Shown here: positions 46,901-56,606 of the stretch, one piece after another
How the letters are laid out: every line of letters begins with the position of its first letter
Numbering within the stretch: the stretch's first letter is position 1
Source of the DNA: Christensenellaceae bacterium
Lineage (GTDB): Bacteria > Bacillota > Clostridia > Christensenellales > Borkfalkiaceae
DNA: 64,000 nucleotides
Assembly (NCBI GenBank): GCA_045596265.1
Contig: JAZOCB010000015.1
Coordinates: forward strand, 56,534-120,533
Direction: 5' to 3'
Notes under the pieces: generated by a model
Told to the model about the DNA's origin: nothing
The model's input: only the letters and a program-made list of their open reading frames with translations
Databases searched by the model: none
Position numbers and translations under genes: made by a program

Positions 46901-47093
46901 AACCGAATAGTGTGTTTTTTTTCTTAAAATTATTATTATGGGAAAATTTTCGCCCACCTTTTCAGCCAACTTAAAAAAAGGCCTTAAAAGTATTGTTCAT
47001 TTGTTGATAATTTGCCGCCTAAACTGTTGAAAAGCGGATAAAATTATGGTACAATAAAAAAGCAACAAAACCCAACGATTTTTTAAGGACTTA

Positions 47094-47783
47094 TTGGCTG
47101 TGAAGGAGATTTTAAAGGGCCTTTTATCCCGTCCCGATGTGGATAACTTTGTGGATTACTACAGGCTTCTGGTGGAAAATAATAAAAAATTCAACCTGAC
47201 CTCCGTCACGGATGAAAGGGACGTTTGCGTCAAGCATTTTTACGACAGCGTCTGCGGTGCGCCCCTTATACCCGAGGGGGCTAAAGTCATTGAAATAGGC
47301 TCCGGCGGGGGCTTTCCTTCCGTTCCCCTTAAGCTTGTAAGGGACGATATTGACTTTACCCTTGTTGAGGCCACGGGAAAAAAGTGCGGCTTTTTAAACG
47401 GTGTAAAGGAATTTTTCCGATTTGAAAACTTTACCGTCGTCAACGGCCGTGCGGAGGAGCTTGGCAAGCAGCCGGAATTCAGAGAGTGCTTTGATATTGC
47501 CGTGGCAAGGGCGGTTGCTTCCTTAAACAGTCTTTTAGAATACCTTTTACCCTTCGTTAATGTTGGCGGCAAGGTAATCTGCTATAAGGGCAGTAACTAT
47601 AAGGAGGAGCTTAAAAAATCCCAAAACGCCATAAAGGCCTTGGGCGGCCGATTGGAGAAAGAGGTCCCTTACGATCTTCCCGACGGCGCAGGAAGCCGTT
47701 GCCTTGTGGTTATAAAAAAGATAAGCCCCACAAGCGCTAAATATCCACGGACTGAAGCCAAGATAAGGAAGACACCTTTATGA
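47094..47783 (+). CDS. rsmG: 16S rRNA (guanine527-N7)-methyltransferase RsmG
   Basis: FNLTS......V..KHF.DS ... IEIGSGGGFPSVPLK ... VARAVA. TTG start. Confidence 0.9.
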   Translation: MAVKEILKGLLSRPDVDNFVDYYRLLVENNKKFNLTSVTDERDVCVKHFYDSVCGAPLIPEGAKVIEIGSGGGFPSVPLKLVRDDIDFTLVEATGKKCGFLNGVKEFFRFENFTVVNGRAEELGKQPEFRECFDIAVARAVASLNSLLEYLLPFVNVGGKVICYKGSNYKEELKKSQNAIKALGGRLEKEVPYDLPDGAGSRCLVVIKKISPTSAKYPRTEAKIRKTPL

Positions 47784-48247
47784 TTGACAAAAACAGGGCG
47801 TGTGCTTTCTCCGGCCACAGGATATTAAGTGGGGGCTTTAGCCTTGATGAGCTTAAAAAAGCCGTCTATAAGGCGATTAACGATGGGTTTGATACTTTTT
47901 TGTGCGGCATGGCGTTGGGGTTTGATACGGTTGCCTTTTCCGTTTTGGAGGAGGTAAAGCTTGAAGGTCACCCCATAAAAATAATCGCCTGCATCCCTTG
48001 TGACAGCCAATCACTTTACTTTAAGAAAAAGCAAAAGGAAGAATACGACAGGATGGTTTCGGCCGCCGATGAAAGGATATTGGTGTCCGATAAGTATTTT
48101 GACGGATGCATGCAAAAGCGGAACGAGTTTATGGTGGAAAACTGCACGCGGCTGATAACCTACCTTAACTTTAACCGCGGCGGTACCTACAACACGGTAA
48201 AATACGCAGTAAGCCGTGACGTTGAAATCTGTTACCTTGGCAAATAG
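47780..48247 (+). CDS. SLOG-family protein, YpsA-like (DUF1273)
   Basis: FSGHR...ELKKAVYKAINDGFDTFLCGMALGFDTVA pattern and size match the DUF1273/YpsA family. Its start overlaps the rsmG stop by 4 nt. Confidence 0.6.
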   Translation: MIDKNRACAFSGHRILSGGFSLDELKKAVYKAINDGFDTFLCGMALGFDTVAFSVLEEVKLEGHPIKIIACIPCDSQSLYFKKKQKEEYDRMVSAADERILVSDKYFDGCMQKRNEFMVENCTRLITYLNFNRGGTYNTVKYAVSRDVEICYLGK

Positions 48248-48306
48248 CCCAAGCCTTTTATATAACCCTTGGGCGGATAAATATAAAATTTTATAGGAGG
48301 ATAAAA

Positions 48307-49104
48307 ATGTATCCCGATTATTTATTTACAATAAATTTAGGTGGCGGGCCCGTTGGGCCGACCATGTACGGGCTGATGATAGCAATCGGTCTTTTATGCT
48401 GCTTCGGCGTGCTGTTTTTCTACGCAAAGAAGCTTGGCTATAACCAAAACTTTATCGACTTTATCTTTTACGTGGGCATCTGCTCTATTATAGTCGGCTT
48501 TGGGTTTGCGGCACTTTTCCAGGCCTTTTATAACTTTATTGAAACGGGTAAGTTCCAGTTTGGCGGCATTACCTTTTTGGGCGGCCTTATCGGCGGCGTC
48601 GCTTGTTTCTTTATCCTTTACGGGATATTCCGCAAAAAGTACACGTCAAGGCTTATCGACGTATTATCTTACCTCCCCTGCTGCATACTTATCGCCCACG
48701 GCTTTGGCAGGATAGGATGCCTTTTTGCAGGCTGCTGCCACGGTACCTATCTTGGGGCTGAATACGTTTTCGGCGGAATAAGAATGGACGGAACCCTTGG
48801 TTGGGGGTATTACGTACCCACCCAGCTTTACGAGGCACTTTTCCTTTTCGTCGTGTTTGGACTTTTGACCTTTTTGGTATTCAAGTACGACTATAAGCAC
48901 GGCTTAAGCCTTTATCTTATCACCTACGGCATCTTCAGATTTATAATTGAATTTTTCCGCGCCGACCACAGGGGTGAGTTCGTCGGGAACATCTCTCCCT
49001 CACAGTTCTGGTCCCTTGCCATGATAGTTTTGGCATTTGGCGTTTACTTCCTGGAAAAATACCTCGTCAAGCGCCGTCAGGAACAGCTTGCCGCGTTAAA
49101 ATAA
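48307..49104 (+). CDS. lgt: Prolipoprotein diacylglyceryl transferase
   Basis: YGLMIAIG..., GGLIGG, GRIGCLFAGCCHG, PTQLYEA. Confidence 0.9.
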   Translation: MYPDYLFTINLGGGPVGPTMYGLMIAIGLLCCFGVLFFYAKKLGYNQNFIDFIFYVGICSIIVGFGFAALFQAFYNFIETGKFQFGGITFLGGLIGGVACFFILYGIFRKKYTSRLIDVLSYLPCCILIAHGFGRIGCLFAGCCHGTYLGAEYVFGGIRMDGTLGWGYYVPTQLYEALFLFVVFGLLTFLVFKYDYKHGLSLYLITYGIFRFIIEFFRADHRGEFVGNISPSQFWSLAMIVLAFGVYFLEKYLVKRRQEQLAALK

Positions 49105-49141
49105 GAAAATAAAACGATAAAAAAACAACCCGCCTTTGGCC

Positions 49142-49167
49142 GTTAAACGGCTTATAGGCGGATTTTT
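49142..49167 (-). repeat. Dispersed repeat family copy within a terminator-like hairpin after lgt
   Basis: Reverse complement reads AAAAATCCGCCTATAAGCCGTTTAAC. On the plus strand, CCGCCT...AGGCGG followed by T7. Confidence 0.7.
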
Positions 49168-49189
49168 TTATGTTTTTTTAATTTAACTT

Positions 49190-49924
49190 TCAGTCGTAAA
49201 CGACCGACACAAGGGTCAGTCCCTTTGAAGGCGCGGTCTTACCAACCGCCCCCCTGTCGCCCGACAAAAGGGCGTTTTTAACGTCATCTAAAGTGATTTT
49301 TCCGTCAATGGCGGCAAGGATGGTGCCGGCCATTATTCTTACCATGTTATACAAAAATCCGTTGCCCGTCACCGTAAAGGTAAAGCCGTTTTTACCGTCG
49401 CCGTAAACTTTGGCGTCAAATATCTTTCTTACGGTGGTCTTTACCTCGCTTCCGCTTGAAAGAAAGCATTTAAAGTCGTGCTCGCCTATAAAGATCTCAC
49501 AAACCTTGTTGGCAAGGTCAAGATCAAATTTGTCAACACGGGTTGAATACCTTTCCTTCAAGGGCAGCTTTTGTTCGGACAGGTAAAAGCTGTAGGCATA
49601 GGTCTTTTTCTTTGCCGAGTACCTTGCGTGGAAGTCGTCTTCCCCAAGGCGGCTTTTTAAAATTTTGATATCGTCAGGTAAAAGGCTGTTTATCGCGTAG
49701 GAAAATTTTTCCGGCGGGATTGAAGCATTTGTGTCAAAGTGGGCTATCTGTCCGAGGGCGTGAACGCCTGCGTCAGTTCTTCCGCTGGCAACGGTTGACA
49801 CCCTTTCGCCGGTAAGACTGAAGATGGCGTCCTCTAAAACCTCCTGCACGGACAGGCCGTTTTTTTGTCTTTGCCAGCCGCAATAGGCCGTTCCGTCGTA
49901 GGATATTTCAAGAATTATTCTCAT
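49190..49924 (-). CDS. truA: tRNA pseudouridine(38-40) synthase TruA
   Basis: ISYDGT.Y.GWQRQ ... GRTDAGVHA. The ATG overlaps the ecfT stop (ATGA). Confidence 0.93.
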   Translation of the reverse strand: MRIILEISYDGTAYCGWQRQKNGLSVQEVLEDAIFSLTGERVSTVASGRTDAGVHALGQIAHFDTNASIPPEKFSYAINSLLPDDIKILKSRLGEDDFHARYSAKKKTYAYSFYLSEQKLPLKERYSTRVDKFDLDLANKVCEIFIGEHDFKCFLSSGSEVKTTVRKIFDAKVYGDGKNGFTFTVTGNGFLYNMVRIMAGTILAAIDGKITLDDVKNALLSGDRGAVGKTAPSKGLTLVSVVYD

Positions 49925-50745
49925 AAAATACTCCCAAGATACACGTTGCAAAGTATGATGCCCGCAAGGATCGCCGCAGTAAAAAGTGCGGCTATAAGGT
50001 CGTTAACGGACAATTTCAGCTTTTTATACTTGGTCCTGTTTTTGCTTCCGTTATAGCATCTTGCGTCCATGGCGTCGCCAAGCTCGTCAGCGCGGCGGAA
50101 GGCACTTATGATAAGGGGTATAAGAACGGGTAAAAGGGCCTTTGCCTTTTTAATGAGATTGCCGCTGTCAAAGTCGGCACCCCTTGCCTTCTGGGCGGAA
50201 ATTATCCTGTTGGTTTCCTCCATAAGGGTTGGAATAAATCTTAACGCGATGGACATGATAAGGGCAAGCTCGTGAACGGGGAACCTTACTATCTTCAAGG
50301 GCTTTAAAAGGGCCTCAAGACCGTCGGTTAAGGAAACCGGCGTGGTGGTAAGGGTCAAAAGGCTGCTGCCAAAGACGAGGAAGGAAAGTCGCATGGCCAT
50401 AAACAGTGCGTAAAAAAGTGATTTATCCGTTATGTTTCTTAAAAGCCATACGTCAACAAGCACCCTTGCGCCTTCTTCCTTGTGCATAAACAGGTTGATG
50501 ATAAAGGTAAGGACAATGATAAAAACGATGGCTTTTACGCTTTTCACAACCGAAAGGACAGGCACCCTTGACAGGAAAATTGCCACCAGCAAAAAGCCTG
50601 CGGCAAGCAGAAAGCCCCAGAAGTTTTTGACGACGAAGATCATCACTATATATGTAATTAATAAAACTATCTTCATCCTCGGGTCCATGCGGTGGACGGG
50701 GGATTTTACGGGATAGTATTGCCCGAAGGCTACGTCGTTTATCAT
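49921..50745 (-). CDS. ecfT: ECF transporter transmembrane component EcfT
   Basis: H.MDPR.K ... A..RGADF ... typical EcfT. It follows the two ecfA genes. Confidence 0.92.
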   Translation of the reverse strand: MINDVAFGQYYPVKSPVHRMDPRMKIVLLITYIVMIFVVKNFWGFLLAAGFLLVAIFLSRVPVLSVVKSVKAIVFIIVLTFIINLFMHKEEGARVLVDVWLLRNITDKSLFYALFMAMRLSFLVFGSSLLTLTTTPVSLTDGLEALLKPLKIVRFPVHELALIMSIALRFIPTLMEETNRIISAQKARGADFDSGNLIKKAKALLPVLIPLIISAFRRADELGDAMDARCYNGSKNRTKYKKLKLSVNDLIAALFTAAILAGIILCNVYLGSIL

Positions 50746-50787
50746 CTTTACCTGAAATTTTACCCGGTGGCAAGGGCCACGGGACTG

Positions 50788-51681
50788 TTATTTTTTATCT
50801 TCAATAAGCGCCTTAAATTTTTGACAAAAGTCGCTTACGGTATAGGTTGTGTCAATTTTAAACCCTTCATCCTCAAGGGCCTGGGTCAAAAATGCCGTTA
50901 CGGGGACCTCAAGGCCGCTTTCCTTGATTACCATGGGGCTGGAAAAAAGCTCCTTAGGGGTGGCGACTTTTTTGACGGTCCCCTGGGAAAATACAGCAAC
51001 CTTGGTGCAGTTGTCGGCAACGTCGTTCATATCGTGGGAAACGATAATGACCGTTTTTGCCACCGTGCCGTGAAGGCTGTGCAAAAGCTGCCAAAGCTCG
51101 GTTTTGCCAACGGGGTCAAGGCCGGCGCAGGGCTCGTCAAGAATAAGTATATCGGGCTTTGCCGCAAGGACGCCCGCAATTGCCACGCGGCGCTTTTGTC
51201 CGCCGGAAAGCTCAAAGGGGGATTTGTCCTTTACTGAGTAATAGTCAAGGCCCACCCTTTTGATGGCCTCTTTGACCAAAGCCTCACATTCCTCCGGGGT
51301 GACGCCCTCTAAAAAATTTTTGATGGCAAAGCTTACGTCCTCAAAAACCGTTTCGGCAAAAAGCTGGTATTCGGGATACTGGAATACCATCCCCACCGAG
51401 CGGCGCAAGGATTTAAGCTTCTTTTTGTAATCTTTATCCTTTTTCTTTTTTTTGCCCGGCACGGGGGAAAGGTCAAAGTCACCGACGGTAAGGCTCCCCT
51501 CCTCCACGGGGACAAGTGCGTTAAGGTGTTGGATAAAGGTTGACTTGCCGCTGCCCGTGTGACCGATTATGCCGAAAAATTCCCCCTCCAGAACAGACAG
51601 GGAAACGTCGTTTAAGGCATATGTGGCAAATTTTGTTTTGCGGTTATACGCAAATTTTACGTTGTGGGCAACGATATCCAT
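50788..51681 (-). CDS. ecfA2: ECF transporter ATPase EcfA2
   Basis: Walker A GHTGSGKST, signature LSGGQKRRVAIA, Walker B ILILDEP. The internal Met MDIVAHN is preferred over the ORF start at 51726. Confidence 0.92.
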   Translation of the reverse strand: MDIVAHNVKFAYNRKTKFATYALNDVSLSVLEGEFFGIIGHTGSGKSTFIQHLNALVPVEEGSLTVGDFDLSPVPGKKKKKDKDYKKKLKSLRRSVGMVFQYPEYQLFAETVFEDVSFAIKNFLEGVTPEECEALVKEAIKRVGLDYYSVKDKSPFELSGGQKRRVAIAGVLAAKPDILILDEPCAGLDPVGKTELWQLLHSLHGTVAKTVIIVSHDMNDVADNCTKVAVFSQGTVKKVATPKELFSSPMVIKESGLEVPVTAFLTQALEDEGFKIDTTYTVSDFCQKFKALIEDKK

Positions 51682-51694
51682 AAAAATCCTTATA

Positions 51695-51717
51695 AATAAG
51701 TCGGCATATAAGCCGCT
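51695..51717 (+). repeat. Dispersed repeat family copy between ecfA1 and ecfA2
   Basis: AAATAAGTCGGCATATAAGCCGC. Confidence 0.55.
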
Positions 51718-51747
51718 TTTCTGCATTTTTTTAATATTTGACGGGCC

Positions 51748-52578
51748 TTAACCCTTTAAAAGCTTTAAAAGGCTTTCTAAAAGGTCTTCCTTTTTAAGGG
51801 GTGTGGGGACGGGTATGCCCATTTTACTGAGCCTTTGTGCGATCTTCATTGGGATAGGCGGCTCAAGTCCGGCCTTGTCCAGCAGGTCGTTGTCGGAAAA
51901 AATTTCTTCAGGGGTGCCGATTTTTTCAATACGTCCCCCAATTAATACGGCAACGCGGTCGCAATCGACAACCTCGTCCATATAATGGGTAATGGTTATG
52001 ACGGTCATATTTTCTTCCTTATTGAGCCGTCTTACGACCTCCATAACCTCCTCACGGCCGCGGGGGTCCAGCATGGAGGTGGATTCGTCCAGGATAAGGA
52101 TCCTTGGCTTTACCGCAAGGACGCCCGCTATTGCCACCCTTTGCTTTTGCCCGCCCGACAGTCTTGACGCCATGCTTTCACGGAACTTATCCGTGCCCGT
52201 TGCCTTGAGGGCGAATTCTATTCTATCCCCCATGCTTTCACGGTCAAGGCCGATATTTTCCGTGCCGAAGGCCACGTCGTCCTCAACGATGGAGGCAACC
52301 ATCTGGTTGTCCGGGTTTTGGAAAACTATGCCGACGGTTTTTCTTATTTCAAAAAGACTTTCCTTGTCGGTGTTTTTAAGACCGAAAACCTCAATTTCAC
52401 CCGAAAGTGGGGATATAAGCCCGTTAATGAGCCTTGCAAGGGTAGACTTACCGCTGGCGTTTCTGCCGATCACGGCTAAAAACTCCCCCTCCCGTACGGT
52501 AAGGTCAAGGCCTTTTATACAGGGGGAAGGCTCGTTTTCATATGAAAACGTCAGGTTTTTAATGGTAACAGCGTCCAT
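51748..52578 (-). CDS. ecfA1: ECF transporter ATPase EcfA1
   Basis: Walker A GRNASGKST, LSGGQKQRVAIAG, ILILDEST. Confidence 0.92.
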   Translation of the reverse strand: MDAVTIKNLTFSYENEPSPCIKGLDLTVREGEFLAVIGRNASGKSTLARLINGLISPLSGEIEVFGLKNTDKESLFEIRKTVGIVFQNPDNQMVASIVEDDVAFGTENIGLDRESMGDRIEFALKATGTDKFRESMASRLSGGQKQRVAIAGVLAVKPRILILDESTSMLDPRGREEVMEVVRRLNKEENMTVITITHYMDEVVDCDRVAVLIGGRIEKIGTPEEIFSDNDLLDKAGLEPPIPMKIAQRLSKMGIPVPTPLKKEDLLESLLKLLKG

Positions 52579-52739
52579 AAAAGTCCTCCTTGTGCTAAAC
52601 CTTATTATAACATTTTTTCAAGGTATTAACAAGCAAATACAGGCAATTTAAAAAACCATGTTAAATTATCACCAAATACCCACAAAATTATATTTTTTGT
52701 TAAAAAAAAGGCTTTGCCGTAAAGCAAAGCCTTTAAAAA

Positions 52740-54176
52740 TTACTTATTAAGCATTTCAAGGGAGAATTTAAGTCTTTCAACAGACTTTTCCTTGCCCAAG
52801 ATCTGCGCCATTTCAACTGCGCCGCCGGGGGTTACCGACTGGCCGGTGAGGGCTATCCTCATCACCCAGAAGATCTGCGCCGTCTTTACCTCAAGGCGGG
52901 CGGCAAGGGCCATGACCTCGTTATAGATGGTGTCGTGGTCAAAGGCGGTGAGGCTTTCAACAGTTTCAATAAGGGCGGGTAAAAGCTCTTTTGCGACGGC
53001 CTCGTCACACTTGGATTTTTTGTGGAAGAAAAGCCCTTTGTCGTATTCCTTAAAGTCGGCGATGAAGTCGATCTTTTCGGGGATTTCGCTTAAAATTTCA
53101 ACACGGGTCTTCAAAAGTTGGGCTATAACGCGATTATCGAAGCCTTCTGCTGCTTTGGATTTTTTGATATAGGGAAGCGCCCTTTCAAAAAACTCCTCGT
53201 CGCTCATTGCCTTAAGGTACTCGCTGTTAAGCCAACGAAGCTTCACGTCGTCAAAGATTGCCGGGGATTTGGAAACGCCGTCAAGGGAGAATTTCTCAAT
53301 CATTTCTTCCATGGTCATCTTTTCGGAGTTGTCCTTCGGGCACCAGCCTAAAAGGGCGATGTAGTTTACGATGGCTTCCTCAAGATATCCCTTTGATACG
53401 AAGTCATCAAAGTTGGCGTCGCCGTAACGCTTTGAAAGCTTTCTTGTGGCGTCCTTCATGATGGGGGATAAGTGGATGTAGGTCGGTCTTTCCCAACCGA
53501 ATGCGTCGTACATAAGGTTATATTTGGGCGTGGAGGAAAGATACTCCGATCCCCTGATAACGTGGGTGATGCCCATAAGGTGGTCGTCGATAACGTTTGC
53601 AAAGTTATACGTGGGAAGACCGTCTGATTTTATTAAAATGTTATCTTCAAGCTCGGAATAATCAACGGAAATGGTACCAAAAACGCCGTCCTCGTAGGTA
53701 CCAACGCCCTTTTCGGGGATGTTCTGGCGGATAACGTAGCTTTCGCCTGCGGCTATTCTTGCTTCGATCTCCTCTTTAGAAAGCTTTAAGCAATGCTTGT
53801 CGTATCTGGCGTTACCAAGGTCGTCACGCAAGGTCTCAAGCCTTTCCTTTGTGCAGAAGCAGTAGTATGCCCCGCCCTTTTCAACAAGCTCCTTAGCGTA
53901 TTTTTGGTAAATTTCACGGCGCTGGCTTTGAATGTAAGGACCAAAGTCACCGCCTACGTCGGGACCCTCGTCATAGGTCATGCCGGCCGCCTTTAATGAA
54001 GAATAGATAACCTCTGAAGCGCCCTCGACAAATCTTTCCTGGTCGGTGTCCTCAAGGCGAAGGATAAACTTGCCGCCGTGCTTTTTTGAAAAGAGGTAGC
54101 AATACAAAGCCGTCCTCATACCGCCAAGGTGCATAAATCCTGTGGGGCTGGGTGCAAAACGTGTTCTTACTGTCAT
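52740..54176 (-). CDS. gltX: Glutamate--tRNA ligase
   Basis: RFAPSPTGFMHLGG (HIGH region) and KLSKR (KMSKS). The Met at 54176 is preferred over the ORF start at 54221. Confidence 0.95.
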   Translation of the reverse strand: MTVRTRFAPSPTGFMHLGGMRTALYCYLFSKKHGGKFILRLEDTDQERFVEGASEVIYSSLKAAGMTYDEGPDVGGDFGPYIQSQRREIYQKYAKELVEKGGAYYCFCTKERLETLRDDLGNARYDKHCLKLSKEEIEARIAAGESYVIRQNIPEKGVGTYEDGVFGTISVDYSELEDNILIKSDGLPTYNFANVIDDHLMGITHVIRGSEYLSSTPKYNLMYDAFGWERPTYIHLSPIMKDATRKLSKRYGDANFDDFVSKGYLEEAIVNYIALLGWCPKDNSEKMTMEEMIEKFSLDGVSKSPAIFDDVKLRWLNSEYLKAMSDEEFFERALPYIKKSKAAEGFDNRVIAQLLKTRVEILSEIPEKIDFIADFKEYDKGLFFHKKSKCDEAVAKELLPALIETVESLTAFDHDTIYNEVMALAARLEVKTAQIFWVMRIALTGQSVTPGGAVEMAQILGKEKSVERLKFSLEMLNK

Positions 54177-54261
54177 GATATTCTCCTTAAAGGGTATTTG
54201 GCAAAGGCCAAATATCCGCATTTTTTATTGATTTTAAACGTGGTTTTAAATTTTTTAAACT

Positions 54262-54288
54262 AAAAAGTGGGGGTATAAGCCGATTATC
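54262..54288 (+). repeat. Dispersed repeat family copy
   Basis: AAAAAGTGGGGGTATAAGCCGATTATC. Confidence 0.75.
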
Positions 54289-54310
54289 GCCAAATTTTTG
54301 GGCGACGACT

Positions 54311-55060
54311 TTATAACTGTTCCTCGTCCTCGCCAATTATGAGATCTTCATCTTTGGCATCGGGGAAGAGTAATTTATTTATCTTTCGTTTAATAAGAGC
54401 AAGCCTTCCTGCGGCAAAATAACTGAAGGTTTGCCGGCCGCTTACGATAATGTGGTCGTAAAGGTTTACGTCGTTGAGCATGGCTAAGGTATAAAACTGC
54501 TCGGTTGCGTTATCGTCGTGGGCACCGGGGTACACGTTATCCGAAAGGTGGTTGTGGGCGATAAGTATGCTTGCGGGGCTAAGGGTCGTTATCTGATTGG
54601 CAATTTCCTTGGTGTCGATATCGACCTTCATTGTGTTATGGCTGCCAACCAGGTATTTTGACGTTATCTGGTTGCCCTTGTCCAAAAAGAAAACGATAAA
54701 GATTTCCGTTTTATAGCGGGAAAATAAATTTATAAGGTAGTTTTCAACGTCCTTTGCGGCGCCGATGGGGATAACCTCATCATCCTTGGTGACGAAGGAT
54801 TTTGCAAAGACCTTGCCCAAGGTCACCAAAAAGACGGCGGTCTGTTCACCGACGCCGTCAATCTTCATAAGCTCCTCCGGGGAGGAAAGAAAGACCTTGT
54901 CGATGCCGCCCAAGGTATCTATAAGACGGTGGGCCGTGTCGTTGGTGTTGACCCGCGGCTTAACGTAAAAGAGCAAAAGCTCCAACAGCTCGTAATCGTT
55001 AAGGACGTCAACGTTTTTTATTACCTTGTCACGCAGTCGCTGACGGTGATGTGTGTGCAT
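54311..55060 (-). CDS. radC: RadC-family JAB/MPN domain protein
   Basis: HhH region (ELLELLL...SPEELMKIDGVGE) and JAB motif (AHNHLSD...PGAHD). Confidence 0.85.
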   Translation of the reverse strand: MHTHHRQRLRDKVIKNVDVLNDYELLELLLFYVKPRVNTNDTAHRLIDTLGGIDKVFLSSPEELMKIDGVGEQTAVFLVTLGKVFAKSFVTKDDEVIPIGAAKDVENYLINLFSRYKTEIFIVFFLDKGNQITSKYLVGSHNTMKVDIDTKEIANQITTLSPASILIAHNHLSDNVYPGAHDDNATEQFYTLAMLNDVNLYDHIIVSGRQTFSYFAAGRLALIKRKINKLLFPDAKDEDLIIGEDEEQL

Positions 55061-55188
55061 TTTTCCCCTAATTAATAAAATCTTCTAAAAAATATTTTAA
55101 CATATTTTAAAAAAAGTGTATAATATATTTATCACAATTTTTATTAATTTTCAAAATACTTGATTTTTGCTTGTTTTAAGGAGTCTTT

Positions 55189-56463
55189 ATGAACGTAAAC
55201 GTTGACAAAAAAGCTATGCTTGATCAGCTTTGCTCACTGCTAAAAATCAGAAGCGTCAAATCGGAAGCCCTTCCCGATGCACCCTTTGGTGAAGGTGTTA
55301 AAAACGCCCTCATCTATTTTTTAGATCTTGCCGCATCCATGGGCTTTAAGACGGTTAACTATGACAACTATATAGGTGAGGTAATCTTCGGACAGGGCGA
55401 GCCTTTCGGTATCTTATGCCACCTTGACGTGGTGCCCGAGGGTAGCCTTGAGGATTGGAACACCCCCCCCTACGAGCCCACCGTTGTCGACGGCAAGCTT
55501 TTTGCCAGAGGTGCTCTTGACGACAAGTCGGGCGCAATGGTCACCCTTTATTGCATGAAGGCCCTGCTTGACAGCGGTATTACCCCTAAGCGTGAGATAA
55601 GGCTTATTTTAGGCTGTGATGAGGAAAGCGGCTGGGGCTGTATCGACCACTATAAAAAGGTTGCCGTTTTACCTGAGGAGGGTATCTCCCCCGATGCGGA
55701 CTTCCCCGTGATCTATGCGGAAAAGGGCATACTGCACCTGAAGTACGATTTTGAAAAATCCCCTGCTCTTTTAGATCTTTTTGGCGGAGAAAGGGCCAAC
55801 GTGGTATGCGATCATTGCGTTGCTCAGGTTAAAAAAGTGCCCCTCGGTGTCGATTATCGCGACGTTTTGGTTGACGGCGGCAAGCTGGAATCTTTCGGCA
55901 TCCCCGCACACGGCTCCACCCCCGACAAGGGTAAAAACGCCATGGCCCCCATCCTTTTGGCCCTTGAGGGCGAAGGGCTTATTGAGGCCGGCGTCCACGA
56001 CAGATTGTTCGGCGCTTGCTGCGGTGTTAAAGATCTTTCCGACGAAACGGGGAATCTTACCTTCTCACCCAACGTGGCAAGGGCTGACGGTGACAAAATT
56101 TACGTTACCGTTGACGTAAGATACCCGTCAACCTTGGAAAAAGACTACGTTTTAAACGCCCTTTCACAAATCGGCCACTTTGAAATTTTAAGCTATCAAG
56201 CCCCACTCTTTTCCGAAAAGGACAGCGGACTTGTTAAAATTTTAAGCGATATTTTTAAGGAAGCAACCGGTATCGCTGCAGAGCCTATCGCCATCGGTGG
56301 CGGCACTTACGCCAGGGCTTTAAAAAAAGGCGTGGCCTTTGGTCCTGCTTTAAACGAAGAGGAGGCCTTCAGCATTCACCAGGCCAACGAGCACGTTACT
56401 CTCACCACCCTGGATCTTATGACGGAAATTTATCTTGCGACACTTTTAAAAATTTGTTGCTAA
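55189..56463 (+). CDS. pepV: M20-family dipeptidase (PepV/Sapep-like)
   Basis: HLDVVPEG...W..PPYEP...DGKLFARGALDDK ... GCDEESGW. Confidence 0.8.
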   Translation: MNVNVDKKAMLDQLCSLLKIRSVKSEALPDAPFGEGVKNALIYFLDLAASMGFKTVNYDNYIGEVIFGQGEPFGILCHLDVVPEGSLEDWNTPPYEPTVVDGKLFARGALDDKSGAMVTLYCMKALLDSGITPKREIRLILGCDEESGWGCIDHYKKVAVLPEEGISPDADFPVIYAEKGILHLKYDFEKSPALLDLFGGERANVVCDHCVAQVKKVPLGVDYRDVLVDGGKLESFGIPAHGSTPDKGKNAMAPILLALEGEGLIEAGVHDRLFGACCGVKDLSDETGNLTFSPNVARADGDKIYVTVDVRYPSTLEKDYVLNALSQIGHFEILSYQAPLFSEKDSGLVKILSDIFKEATGIAAEPIAIGGGTYARALKKGVAFGPALNEEEAFSIHQANEHVTLTTLDLMTEIYLATLLKICC

Positions 56464-56606
56464 AGATTTTTGTAGGACGGACAAGGATCTTTAAGCCTAT
56501 CAGTATATTTTAAAATAAAAATTGGGCACAGCTGAGTTTTCAGCCCTGCCCTTTTTTTAGTTAAAGATAGATTTCCTCTTACAATTCATTTTATCCGCAA
56601 AAAAAG

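Noticed and set aside
51992-52651. 219-aa plus-strand ORF
   Set aside because: It is antisense to ecfA1, which has unambiguous ABC ATPase motifs.
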